A stretch of 48,368 nt of DNA from Candidatus Nomurabacteria bacterium. Lineage in GTDB: Bacteria; Patescibacteriota; Minisyncoccia; Phycocordibacterales; UBA2100. Numbering within the stretch: position 1 is the stretch's first letter; every line of letters starts with the position of its first letter. Location of the stretch: assembly GCA_943359395.1 (NCBI GenBank), contig CALRHH010000006.1, positions 1-48,368 of the forward strand, in the 5' to 3' direction. Shown piece by piece: positions 1 to 9,132 of the stretch. A program made the translations under genes and the position numbers. Below the pieces are notes generated by a model. It had not been told where the DNA came from and did no database searches. It saw only the letters and a program-made list of their open reading frames with translations.

Positions 1-1
1 C

Positions 2-1384
2 GGTGACCATCGAACGGCTACCGCGCTTGGTGACCATTTCCGCTTCTTTAATGAAATCTTTGACTTGTCCCGAAAAATCTCCACGCGCGACTATCGGGCG
101 CACCACTATCTCAGGGTCCACAAGTCCTGTGGGGCGGATGACTTGCGATACGGGTGTGCCACTTCGCTCAAGCTCATACTTGCCTGGAGTCGCTGACGTA
201 TAGATGGTCTGCCCTACACGCTGTTCAAATTCTTTAAAATTGAGCGGGCGGTTGTCGACAGCGCTCGGTAACCGAAAACCATGCTCTACGAGTGTATCCT
301 TGCGGGCTCTGTCTCCCGCGTACATCCCCCCTATTTGAGGCACCGTAACGTGTGACTCATCAATGATGGTCAAGAAGTCGGGGCTCCCGTCAGGATTCTT
401 GGGGAAATAAGAAAGAAGTGTGTAGGGCGGCTCACCCGACTTACGACGGTCGAAATGTCGCGAGTAATTTTCAATACCGTTGCAAAAGCCGAACTCACGA
501 ATCATCGATATATCCTGACGGGTACGGCGCTTGAGCCGTTCCGCTTCGAGTATCTTCCCAGCGGCTGCGAATTTTTTCAACTGCACCGCAAGCTCCAGCT
601 CTATATCCGCGAGCGCGGCCTCCTGCACGTCTTTTGGAGTTACGTAGTGCTTCGCTGGAAAGATAAAAACGGCATCGTGCTTGTTTTCTATCTCACGGGT
701 TATCGCGCTCATCTGTTCTATCTTGTCAATCTTGCCTCCCGTAAGGTCAATACGGTACACGATGCGCTCGCTCGCAGGCATGAGCTCTACGGCCGCGCCA
801 AGTGCGCGAAAGGTCCCCGGAGTAAGTTCACCCGCCACTCGCTCAAAATACATCGAGATAAGTTTCCGGCTAAAGGTTGCACGCGTCATCGGTTCGCCTT
901 TCGTTATCTTCATATTGACCTTTTGGTATTCAATCGGGCTACCAAGTCCGTAGATGCAGGAAACAGACGCGACCACGATGACGTCGGGACGTGTGAGAAG
1001 TCCTTCCGTGGCGGCATGCCGCAGGCGTTCGATATCTTCGTTTATCATTGCCTCCTTTTCAATGAATGTGTCGGTAACGGGGACATACGCCTCTGGTTGA
1101 TAATAATCGTAGTAGGAAACGAAGTAATGCACTGCGGCATCGGGAAAAAATTCCCGGTACTCGGCCGCAAGCTGCGCAGCAAGCGTCTTATTATGCGCTA
1201 TGACGAGAGTGGGTTTTTGCCATTTCTCGATGATGTTGGCGACGGTAAAGGTCTTGCCGGAGCCCGTAACACCGAGCAATGTTTGGTCGCGAATACCCGC
1301 CTTCAGACCTTTAAAAAGCGCTTCTATCGCCTTCGGCTGGTCGCCTGCGGGAGTGTATTCGGATTTAATCTTAAACTTACTCAT
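2..1384 (-). CDS. uvrB: Excinuclease ABC subunit B, N-terminal part (runs off window start)
   Basis: Manual minus-strand translation from ATG at 1384 gives MSKFKIKSEYTPAGDQP...TLLGVTGSGKTFT (Walker A) and ...FLTIIDESHVT. It is absent from the ORF track because there is no stop codon in the window. Confidence 0.96.
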   Translation of the reverse strand, partial: MSKFKIKSEYTPAGDQPKAIEALFKGLKAGIRDQTLLGVTGSGKTFTVANIIEKWQKPTLVIAHNKTLAAQLAAEYREFFPDAAVHYFVSYYDYYQPEAYVPVTDTFIEKEAMINEDIERLRHAATEGLLTRPDVIVVASVSCIYGLGSPIEYQKVNMKITKGEPMTRATFSRKLISMYFERVAGELTPGTFRALGAAVELMPASERIVYRIDLTGGKIDKIEQMSAITREIENKHDAVFIFPAKHYVTPKDVQEAALADIELELAVQLKKFAAAGKILEAERLKRRTRQDISMIREFGFCNGIENYSRHFDRRKSGEPPYTLLSYFPKNPDGSPDFLTIIDESHVTVPQIGGMYAGDRARKDTLVEHGFRLPSAVDNRPLNFKEFEQRVGQTIYTSATPGKYELERSGTPVSQVIRPTGLVDPEIVVRPIVARGDFSGQVKDFIKEAEMVTKRGSRSMVT

Positions 1385-1413
1385 CGGAGTACTGTACAGG
1401 ATTGAGGGAATAT

Positions 1414-1450
1414 AAAAAAGCTGGCCGGCACCCCCACGGAGGTGCCGACC
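1414..1450 (-). terminator. Rho-independent terminator
   Basis: Minus strand GGTCGGCACC-loop-GGTGCCGGCC followed by AGCTTTTTT, downstream of ORF 1498-1692. Confidence 0.75.
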
Positions 1451-1497
1451 GATATTTATACTAGAAATAGCTCTGCAGCGGCTATTCCCGCATCAAC

Positions 1498-1692
1498 TTA
1501 GTTGTCTTCCTGGCGTAGGTCGTGGTCACGTCCAAGCCTTCCTTGACCGGCAGTCGGGTGGACGGCACAACAATGCCACCCCCCATCGATAATGCAACCC
1601 CTTGGGCCACCAGGCCTTTTTGTCGCTAGGCACTTGCGGACCGCGCATTTCGTTCCAGCCGGAACGTCTTCGATAGACTTGAATTCGCTCAT
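1498..1692 (-). CDS. Small Cys/His-rich hypothetical protein (64 aa)
   Basis: MSEFKSIEDVPAGTKCAVRKC...GCIIDGGWHCCAVHP, with its own sigma70-like promoter upstream and a terminator downstream. Confidence 0.55.
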   Translation of the reverse strand: MSEFKSIEDVPAGTKCAVRKCLATKRPGGPRGCIIDGGWHCCAVHPTAGQGRLGRDHDLRQEDN

Positions 1693-1788
1693 CGTACTTC
1701 CCATCCTTGGATGCTCGTTGACTTTCAGGGTTTGTGAATTCGCGACCTCTGCTACGCCAATACTAAGACAAAGAACGCGAAGCGGGTA

Positions 1789-1865
1789 CTATACGCGCAT
1801 CAGGAAAAAGTTCAACCTGTCTCCTGTTTTTTGAGCTTGCCCCGTTCCTATTCTTTTAGTAGTCT
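1789..1865. promoter_or_regulatory. Divergent sigma70-like promoters
   Basis: Minus strand TTGAAC-N16-TATAGT (1816-1789); plus strand TTGCCC-N17-TAGTCT (1837-1865). Confidence 0.5.
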
Positions 1866-1898
1866 GTCGACGGCGCATGACCTTTGGAGCAATGCACT

Positions 1899-2060
1899 AT
1901 GAGCAAAAAGCGAGAGAACGCCGGAAAAAGAGCCGCTTCAAAAAGAAGGGAGGAGGAAGCAGAGATAATGAAAGTTCTAGTAGACCTCTTGAGTCGACCG
2001 GGAGAATTATGGAAGCCCTCCCGATCTGATCAATTGGATGAATCCGACGAATCCGATTAA
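1899..2060 (+). CDS. Small hypothetical protein (53 aa; basic N-terminus, acidic C-terminus)
   Basis: Manual translation MSKKRENAGKRAASKRREEEAEIMKVLVDLLSRPGELWKPSRSDQLDESDESD*, with GGAG upstream and a terminator immediately after the stop. Confidence 0.55.
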   Translation: MSKKRENAGKRAASKRREEEAEIMKVLVDLLSRPGELWKPSRSDQLDESDESD

Positions 2061-2088
2061 AAAAGGACGACAATCCGGTCGTCCTTTT
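2061..2088. terminator. Bidirectional terminator
   Basis: Perfect 11-bp inverted repeat AAAAGGACGAC/GTCGTCCTTTT between the convergent small ORF and tyrS. Confidence 0.8.
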
Positions 2089-2093
2089 CCGTT

Positions 2094-3341
2094 TTATGAA
2101 AGCATCAGGACGCAAATGTTCTTCTTACCACGCTTGAGGAGTGCAACATTCTTATAAAAATTCTCTGCTGAAAGGGAATATTTCTCATCCGTAACCACTT
2201 CACCGTTCAGACTAACCGCTTTATCCTTCAAAAATAGTTTTGCTTCTCGATTAGAGCTTGCGAGTTTCGAACTCACAAGCGCGTCGAGGATAGACATACC
2301 TGCAATGGCTCCGTGTGTGGGAGCGGCACTTCTCAACATTGTGAGAGCCTCACCACTGAGCCCACTCAAACCCGCGTCGTCGAAGAGTACACTTGAGACC
2401 TTCTCTACCGTCTCCGCTGCATCGGCACCATGCGCGAGTGTGGTAACCTCACGCGCCAAAAGATGTTGAGCGTGCCGCTCCTTCGCGTCACGCCGATGCA
2501 TTTCCATGACAGCCTCGATTTCCATCCCAGAAATCAAGGTAAACAGCCTGAGGTAATCAGCAACACTCTGGTCACTTACTCCGAGCCAAAATTGGTAGAA
2601 GGCGTAGGGCGATGTTTTTTCCGAGTCGAGCCAGACGGCATTGCCTTCACTTTTGCCAAATTTTTTCCCGCTCGATTTGTCGACAACGATAGGTATCGTG
2701 AGGGCATAGGCCATCTTGCCTTCCTTGCGGCGAATAAGCTCTACGCCGGCGACGATATTACCCCACTGGTCGGAGCCTCCTATCTGCACGTCGCACCTAC
2801 GCTCCGTGTACAGATGCCAAAAATCGTACGCCTGTAGGAGAGGATAAGAGAATTCCGTAAACGAAATCCCCTCTTCGCTGTCCATGCGCGCTGCGATTGC
2901 GTCCTTTTTGATGAGCGAATTGACGGTGAAGTATTTTCCTGTGTCGCGTAGGAATGATATGAGCTCGAGCTTACCCAGCCAGTCGTAATTGTTCACGAGC
3001 TGTACTTCTATACCTCCAAGGATTTTTTCTGCTTGTTTTTTCAATTTTTCCGAGCGAACGGTAATTTCTTCAATACTCAAAAGAGGCCGCTCTCCATCCG
3101 GCTTCGGGTCTCCAATCATCCCTGTACCTCCGCCGATGAGAAGTATTATCTTATGCCCCGCGTCGGCGAAACGACGCAAGAGCATGTAAACCGCCAAGTT
3201 GCCCACGTGGATAGAATCTGCCGTTGGATCTACTCCAAGGTAGACGGTGCGCTTTGGACCATCGGTTATCTCACCAAGCTTCTCAGAGGAATACTGGTAT
3301 ATATAACCACGTTCTTTGAGGATTTCCGAGAGTTTTGCCAT
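2094..3341 (-). CDS. tyrS: Tyrosine--tRNA ligase
   Basis: YLGVDPTADSIHVGN (HIGH), QIGGSDQWGN, KFGKS and a C-terminal S4-like domain. Start taken at MAKLSE. Confidence 0.97.
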   Translation of the reverse strand: MAKLSEILKERGYIYQYSSEKLGEITDGPKRTVYLGVDPTADSIHVGNLAVYMLLRRFADAGHKIILLIGGGTGMIGDPKPDGERPLLSIEEITVRSEKLKKQAEKILGGIEVQLVNNYDWLGKLELISFLRDTGKYFTVNSLIKKDAIAARMDSEEGISFTEFSYPLLQAYDFWHLYTERRCDVQIGGSDQWGNIVAGVELIRRKEGKMAYALTIPIVVDKSSGKKFGKSEGNAVWLDSEKTSPYAFYQFWLGVSDQSVADYLRLFTLISGMEIEAVMEMHRRDAKERHAQHLLAREVTTLAHGADAAETVEKVSSVLFDDAGLSGLSGEALTMLRSAAPTHGAIAGMSILDALVSSKLASSNREAKLFLKDKAVSLNGEVVTDEKYSLSAENFYKNVALLKRGKKNICVLMLS

Positions 3342-3387
3342 GTGATTTTGCGAAATCATGCCGCGCAATCGTCCTTATGGCGCGGCC
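3340..3387 (-). repeat. Structured 5' element, copy 1 (28-bp identity with 41665-41692)
   Basis: ATGTGATTTTGCGAAATCATGCCGCGCA occurs at both sites, and the GCCGCGC/GCGCGGC stem is conserved. Confidence 0.85.
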
Positions 3388-3397
3388 CCTCAATATA

Positions 3398-3700
3398 TCA
3401 TGAACCGCGACGCTCTTCCCGCTCCTGTACCTCGTGCTCATCCATTCCGAAATGGTGCGCAAATTCATGCCAAATGGTCTCGGCTATAACTTCTCGTACG
3501 TCCTTCTTATCTTCTGCTGCTTGTTCAATGGGTACTTGATAGAGCGTAATGGTGTCGGGCAGGGTTATACCTACTCCATAATTTTCTCCGCGTTCGGACA
3601 AAGGAATACCCTTATAGAGACCGAGCAACATCTCGTCGTCGCCGAGCCCCTCTGCCTTCTTGTCTTCCGGCGAGGGCTCGTCCTCCACCAGTAACGCCAC
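3398..3700 (-). CDS. Zincin_1-like metallopeptidase, apparently N-terminally truncated
   Basis: LLGLYKG, PDTITLYQ and WHEFAHHFG (HExxH). An in-frame stop lies shortly upstream of NVALLVEDEP. Confidence 0.75.
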   Translation of the reverse strand: MALLVEDEPSPEDKKAEGLGDDEMLLGLYKGIPLSERGENYGVGITLPDTITLYQVPIEQAAEDKKDVREVIAETIWHEFAHHFGMDEHEVQEREERRGS

Positions 3701-3737
3701 GTTAAGAAAGAGGCGCCTGACAAAATATCAACTCCCT

Positions 3738-4268
3738 CTACTGCTTAAGAAGCTCGGCAAAGCGTTTTCTCACCTTCTCAATCTTAGGCTCAATGACAAG
3801 CTGACAATACGACGCCCCCGCATTCTCCTTGAAATAATTCTGATGGTACGACTCGGCGGGAAAGAATTTGCCAAGCGGGAGTATTTGCGTCACTACATGA
3901 GTGCCATTTTTGAGCGATTCTTGTATTTCTTTTGCGACCTTCTCTGCAATTTGTTTGTCCTCATCACTCTCATATAAAATCACCGAGCGGTACTGTTCCC
4001 CAACATCCGCGCCTTGTTGATTCGGTGTTGTCGGATCATGTGAACCGAAGAAAACCGTTAGCAAGTCTTCGTATGAAATGACGGCGGGGTTGTAGGTGAC
4101 ACGGATGACTTCCGCATGCCCTGTAGTGCCACTTGAGACCTTCTCATACGACGGATTCTCCGCGGCACCTCCCGAATATCCTGACTCAACTTTCTCAACA
4201 CCCTTTAGCATCTCGAATATTGCCTCCGTACACCAGAAACATCCCCCGCCAAATACTGCCGTTTTCAT
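3738..4268 (-). CDS. msrA: Peptide-methionine (S)-S-oxide reductase
   Basis: GGGCFWC, GHAEV, HDPT, QYRS and AESYHQNY motifs. Confidence 0.97.
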   Translation of the reverse strand: MKTAVFGGGCFWCTEAIFEMLKGVEKVESGYSGGAAENPSYEKVSSGTTGHAEVIRVTYNPAVISYEDLLTVFFGSHDPTTPNQQGADVGEQYRSVILYESDEDKQIAEKVAKEIQESLKNGTHVVTQILPLGKFFPAESYHQNYFKENAGASYCQLVIEPKIEKVRKRFAELLKQ

Positions 4269-5728
4269 GCTTCTGACTTCGGACGCAAAAGTGGAAACAA
4301 TTGAGCCTCGTGTGCGGGGCGGTTCTCGAGGAAAGAAAAAAAGCGTTCTGAGACGCCGAAACCGAACGAAGGCGGCATACCGAATTCCATAGCGCGGATG
4401 TACTCTTCATCGAGACGCTGCGCCTCGTCGTCTCCAGCATCCCGCATCATTTGTTGCTCTTCAAATCGTCCACGCTGGTCTTGTGGGTCATTTAGTTCGC
4501 TGAATGCCTTACCCATCTCTGAGCCGGCGAGGATGACCTGCAATCTCTCGACAATTTCAGGATTTGCAGAAGAGCGCTTTGCAAGCGGCTCGAGGTACAC
4601 AGGGACTCCAATAAGGAACGCGGGGCCTGATATGCTCTTGCGTATTGATTTCCACAAATGGTCGACCGCTCTCGACTTGTTCAATGCCTCCCCCACCTGA
4701 ATTTTTGCATCACGGACCGCTTGTATTGCATCCTCCTCTGTGCAAGTCAAAGGATTGATGCCAAATTTTTCCCCGATGACGGAGCAGAAATCGATGAGCG
4801 GCCACTCTTCCGCGAAATCAACCGTGTGACCGTTTATCTCAAACGTATATTTGCCATAGACCTCTTTCACAATATGGCGGTAGAGCTCTTTCAGGAATTC
4901 CATCCCTTTTTGCATGTCACTGTACGCCTCATAGGATTCGAGTTGCGTATAATCCTGCAAGTGTTCCCGCGACTGACCTTCATTACGAAAGATACGGCCT
5001 ATTTCAAAGACTTTCGGGAACCCTGCGACGAGCAGTTCCTTTTGCCATAATTCACCGCATGAAATACGGAGATACACATCCATATCGAGTGCGTTGTGAT
5101 GAGTCTTGAACGGTCGAGCGTCGGCGCCACCCGGAGAATTTTCAAGAATGGGAGTTTCTACTTCGATGAAACCTCGTGAGAGATAGAATTCCCGAGCTGC
5201 CTGCCAGAATTTTGTGCGTCGCTCGAACATGGCGCGTACTTCCGAGTTGAGCAAGATGTCGAGATATCGTTGACGCAAAATCAACTCCTCATCCTTTAGG
5301 CCGAAATGCTCCGTAGGCATAGGCAAGAGCGCTTTCGCGAGCATGCGCCACTTTTTTACTTTCAGGGAAGACTCACCCCTCTTGGTTTTAAACATCACCC
5401 CTGACGCTTCGACAAAGTCACCCGTATCCACCGAGTCGGCAAAAAGTCTAAACAATTTTTCATCCATTTCGGCCTCTTGCAGTACCATCTGCATACGGCC
5501 TGTCCCGTCGAATACATCCGCGAATACGATGCCGCCCTGACCTCTCAAAGACATAACACGTCCGCCAAGGTGGATTTTTTTTCCGCTTTTCTCTAAATCG
5601 TCGAACGCGGCGATTGCCTGTGCATTACTTGTGTCACGATGGGAATCTACAGGATACGGACTCATCCCCGCGGCCTTCAGGACACCAAGCTTCTTCAGCC
5701 GCTCGTCACGGATATCCTGCTCGCTCAT
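4265..5728 (-). CDS. lysS: Lysine--tRNA ligase (class II)
   Basis: OB-fold, RQRYLD, FIEVETP, GGADARPF, GRIFRNEG, FSELNDP and GMPP motifs. Confidence 0.97.
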   Translation of the reverse strand: MSEQDIRDERLKKLGVLKAAGMSPYPVDSHRDTSNAQAIAAFDDLEKSGKKIHLGGRVMSLRGQGGIVFADVFDGTGRMQMVLQEAEMDEKLFRLFADSVDTGDFVEASGVMFKTKRGESSLKVKKWRMLAKALLPMPTEHFGLKDEELILRQRYLDILLNSEVRAMFERRTKFWQAAREFYLSRGFIEVETPILENSPGGADARPFKTHHNALDMDVYLRISCGELWQKELLVAGFPKVFEIGRIFRNEGQSREHLQDYTQLESYEAYSDMQKGMEFLKELYRHIVKEVYGKYTFEINGHTVDFAEEWPLIDFCSVIGEKFGINPLTCTEEDAIQAVRDAKIQVGEALNKSRAVDHLWKSIRKSISGPAFLIGVPVYLEPLAKRSSANPEIVERLQVILAGSEMGKAFSELNDPQDQRGRFEEQQMMRDAGDDEAQRLDEEYIRAMEFGMPPSFGFGVSERFFSFLENRPAHEAQLFPLLRPKSEA

Positions 5729-5769
5729 AGTGTGCCCATGATAACAAACTTTTCAGAGAATGGAGAACT

Positions 5770-5973
5770 TTAATTCCGTACCTCGACCTGATGCACAGGA
5801 TTAGCGGCACGAGTCAGCAGGATGCCGATACCGAGAATCGGCAGTATAGATAAGACTATAAGGAGGATTATGAGCGCATTCGCACTCTCGTGAGAATCGA
5901 GCATACGGTCAATCCAGCCGAGCGTTTTTTTGAACACCTTGGGGGTACCATCGTCCCATTCTTGTTCCGTCAT
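5770..5973 (-). CDS. Small single-TM hypothetical protein
   Basis: One hydrophobic helix; -10-like TACCCT 6 nt before the ATG. Confidence 0.6.
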   Translation of the reverse strand: MTEQEWDDGTPKVFKKTLGWIDRMLDSHESANALIILLIVLSILPILGIGILLTRAANPVHQVEVRN

Positions 5974-6024
5974 CGGACCAGGGTAGCAAATCCACAGAAA
6001 CCTGCACCTCCACTTTACACACCT

Positions 6025-9000
6025 CTAGCGCACGATACCCTCAGGCAATGTACCCGGCCAACGGTATACGAGTACTGGGATGAGGAGGAGGGTGAGTATC
6101 ATCGCGAAAGAAAGCCCGAAGAGGATGGCGAGCGCGAGAGGACCAAAAAGTCCCGATGCAAAAATGAGCGGTATCATACCTATCACCGTTGTAATCGTCG
6201 TGAGGAAAATCGGGCGCAAACGTGTCGTTGATGCCTCCGCTAAGATATCAATAAATTGCTTCCCTGCCCCCAACCTCAAACGCTGAATAATGGCGTCCAT
6301 GAGAATGATGGCATGGTTAATGATGACCCCCGCCAGTGCGATAACACCCATCATTGAAGGGAACGAGAGTGGCTGCAGCGTCAGCGTCAAGCCTCCAAAA
6401 ACGCCGATGAGAGAGAGCGGGACTAGAATCAGAAGGAATCCTGCGAATCGAAACGAATCGAAGGAAAGCACCAATATCACAAAGGTGAGGACTATACCCG
6501 CGATGAGCGCGTATCCCATCTCTGTAAATGATTTATTTGTCTCTTCGTTTTCGCCGCCTACCGACATACGGACACCTGATGCCATATCAGCGGGAGTGAA
6601 CTCCTTATTGAAAGCTGCGAGTACCTCAGCAGTAGTGTACCCGGGAAGGACATCAGAGGTCAGCGTGGCAACGCGTTCCCTGTTTTCATGTGCGATAGAT
6701 GTATCGCTTTTGGCGATAGATTCTGAGACAAGCGAGCCGAGGAGGACTGTCCGGCCCGCCGGCGTAGTGAGCGGTATCTGGCGCAAGCTGTCGATAGACG
6801 TGTAAGAGGATTCGTGAGGGTCAAGTGCACTCGGATTGAGATTGAGAGAAACAACAATGTCTACATTCTTTTCTCCTCCCGTGAGAGAAGTCGCGGTTGA
6901 ACCGGAAACTGCCGTGCGCAGCGTCGAGGCAATTGCGGCGGGAGAAAGCCCGACGAAAGCGAGTTTCCCTCGGTCCATGGAGAGAACAAATTGAGTACCG
7001 TCATATTTGTTGGAAGAATTCACCGATGTCGCTCCCGGCGTGCGCTCGAGTACATCGCGCGCTTTTGCGAGCGTGCCGCTGAGAGCAGAAGAATCCTTAC
7101 CTAAGAATTTGATGAGAACAGCAGCGCCTACAGGCGGACCCCCTGATGGCTCTCCCGCCCGAATCTCGGCAAAGTGAATATCGGCGAGTGCTCTCTTCAC
7201 ATCTGTGAGTATCTCGGATGAGCTCTGTTTACGGTCTGTGACGAGATTGAGAGTAATATTCGCAAACCGCGAGTCAGAAGACACCGAACCGTCCGAGCTG
7301 GAGAAGGCACTCAAGGCACCAACGGTCGTGATGAGAGAGGAGAATCGAAGGTCTCCAAAGAGTTTTTCCTCCACTGCACGCGCCGCCAAGTCCGTACGAT
7401 TGAGATCGGTCCCCTGCGGCATCTCAATATTCACGTAGAGGAAATCACCATCGTCCTGCGGGAAAAATGAAACCCCTAAAAGGCCAACAATGGGGAGGGC
7501 CACAGCCACGACGAAACCTGCAACCATAGCTAGAAGAAAACGGTTCTGTGCCTGACGATTTTGAAGAAACGCCTTGAGATGGCTTGCGTACCAGACGCGC
7601 GCGCGCTCGGCGTAGTCCTCCTGCTTTTTCATAAGTGCGGATTCCTCCTTCGCCGCCATCATATTTGCAATGGTGGGAACGAGACCGAGTGCGACAAAGA
7701 TTGATGCGATGAGTACGAAAATCAACGTAAACGGAATCGAAGCGATGAATTTACCTACAATTCCGGAGATAAAGAAAAGAGGCACAAAGAATGCAATTGT
7801 CGCCGTAGTCCCGCCTATAAGTGGCCATGCGTATTCGCGCAATGCTTCAATTGCCGCACGCTTTTTGTCGCCGTAGAGGCGCGTTCGCGTGTGAATCGCT
7901 TCCACGATGACAATGCCTGAGTCGACAAGAATGCCGATGGCCAGAATGAGGGAGAAAAGCGAGACTATGTTGAGTGTGTTCCCGCTATACAAAAGCCCTA
8001 TAAAAGCCATCAAGAATGAGAGTGGGATAGCGAGCCCCGCAACAACCGCCTCTCGCCACCCGATAGTAACGAAAAGGGAGAGCATGACGAGCACGACAGT
8101 TATAAGCCCCGTCTCGGTAAGTTCGGTGAGGTTCTTTTGCACATCATCGCCCGCGTCAAACGAGACCACGACGTCGCTCCCGAGCAATGCTCCCCTCTGC
8201 AATTCTTCCAGTTTTAATTTGGTCGCCTTGGTCACCGTCGTGATATCGGCCCCGCGCACCTTCAAAACACTCAGCGTCATAGCTTGACGAGAGGGTTCCC
8301 CGCCGATGGAAATGCGAGAATACGAAGTAGCTTTCTGAACCCCATCTGAAACATCCGCAATGTCCCGCACGTACACAACCTGACCACCAAGATTGAGGAT
8401 TGCCACCGAACCAATATCAGCCACCGTATCGAGGCTGCCTCTAAAAGCTACTGCGTACGAGATATCGTTGACCGTAATAGAACCTATTGGCAGAGACGCA
8501 TTTGAAGCGGCAATGGCTGAAATGATTTGGGGAAGCGAGACTCCGAGGCGTGTTATCTCTTCCTTGCGAACGACGACCTGTATCTCGCGGTCCCGTACAC
8601 CTGAAACTTCCACGCGTGACACTCCCTTCACCGTCTGCAGTTCTCGCTTCACCCCCTCACCTAACTTTGCGAACGCTGCCGCGGGAAGGTCTGCACTCAC
8701 TGAAATCAGCTGAATGGGCTGGTCCACGAAGTTCACCTCGGTCACAATTGGAGCCTTTGCTTCTGCGGGCAAGTCTGGAATGACTTTGTCGACCTCATCT
8801 TTCAACTTTTGTATCGACTCTTGCATATCGGCCGAAGTATTGAATTCTGCCACGACCACAGAAACACCTTCCCGAGACGAGGACGTAAGCTTACTCAGGT
8901 CGGCAAGATTGGCGAGGCGCTCTTCCACTTTGTTCGTAACCAACCGTTCGACATCTTCCGGGGATGCGCCCGGCAGGATGACTGTCACACCACCAATGGG

Positions 9001-9129
9001 TATCTGGACTTCGGGGGTTGATTCCCTTGTCATCGCAAGCATTGCAGCAGTTCCAACGATAACGAGTCCGACAATAACCAAAAGAGTGAATTGCCTTTTT
9101 TCTATAAAAAATTTCCAGAGCGGTAGCAT
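6025..9129 (-). CDS. RND efflux transporter permease (AcrB/AcrD/AcrF family)
   Basis: 1034 aa; PGASPEDVE, GILVDSGIVIVE, FFPQDD and RLRPIFLTT motifs. Confidence 0.95.
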   Translation of the reverse strand: MLPLWKFFIEKRQFTLLVIVGLVIVGTAAMLAMTRESTPEVQIPIGGVTVILPGASPEDVERLVTNKVEERLANLADLSKLTSSSREGVSVVVAEFNTSADMQESIQKLKDEVDKVIPDLPAEAKAPIVTEVNFVDQPIQLISVSADLPAAAFAKLGEGVKRELQTVKGVSRVEVSGVRDREIQVVVRKEEITRLGVSLPQIISAIAASNASLPIGSITVNDISYAVAFRGSLDTVADIGSVAILNLGGQVVYVRDIADVSDGVQKATSYSRISIGGEPSRQAMTLSVLKVRGADITTVTKATKLKLEELQRGALLGSDVVVSFDAGDDVQKNLTELTETGLITVVLVMLSLFVTIGWREAVVAGLAIPLSFLMAFIGLLYSGNTLNIVSLFSLILAIGILVDSGIVIVEAIHTRTRLYGDKKRAAIEALREYAWPLIGGTTATIAFFVPLFFISGIVGKFIASIPFTLIFVLIASIFVALGLVPTIANMMAAKEESALMKKQEDYAERARVWYASHLKAFLQNRQAQNRFLLAMVAGFVVAVALPIVGLLGVSFFPQDDGDFLYVNIEMPQGTDLNRTDLAARAVEEKLFGDLRFSSLITTVGALSAFSSSDGSVSSDSRFANITLNLVTDRKQSSSEILTDVKRALADIHFAEIRAGEPSGGPPVGAAVLIKFLGKDSSALSGTLAKARDVLERTPGATSVNSSNKYDGTQFVLSMDRGKLAFVGLSPAAIASTLRTAVSGSTATSLTGGEKNVDIVVSLNLNPSALDPHESSYTSIDSLRQIPLTTPAGRTVLLGSLVSESIAKSDTSIAHENRERVATLTSDVLPGYTTAEVLAAFNKEFTPADMASGVRMSVGGENEETNKSFTEMGYALIAGIVLTFVILVLSFDSFRFAGFLLILVPLSLIGVFGGLTLTLQPLSFPSMMGVIALAGVIINHAIILMDAIIQRLRLGAGKQFIDILAEASTTRLRPIFLTTITTVIGMIPLIFASGLFGPLALAILFGLSFAMILTLLLIPVLVYRWPGTLPEGIVR

Positions 9130-9132
9130 GGA

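Noticed and set aside
455-1405. 316-aa plus-strand ORF
   Set aside because: Antisense shadow of uvrB, with no recognisable motifs.
1897-2115. 72-aa minus-strand ORF
   Set aside because: It crosses the bidirectional terminator, and the plus-strand 53-aa ORF has better signals.
3342-3397. T-box riboswitch upstream of tyrS
   Set aside because: Only 56 nt, with no UGGNACC T-box sequence or stem I.
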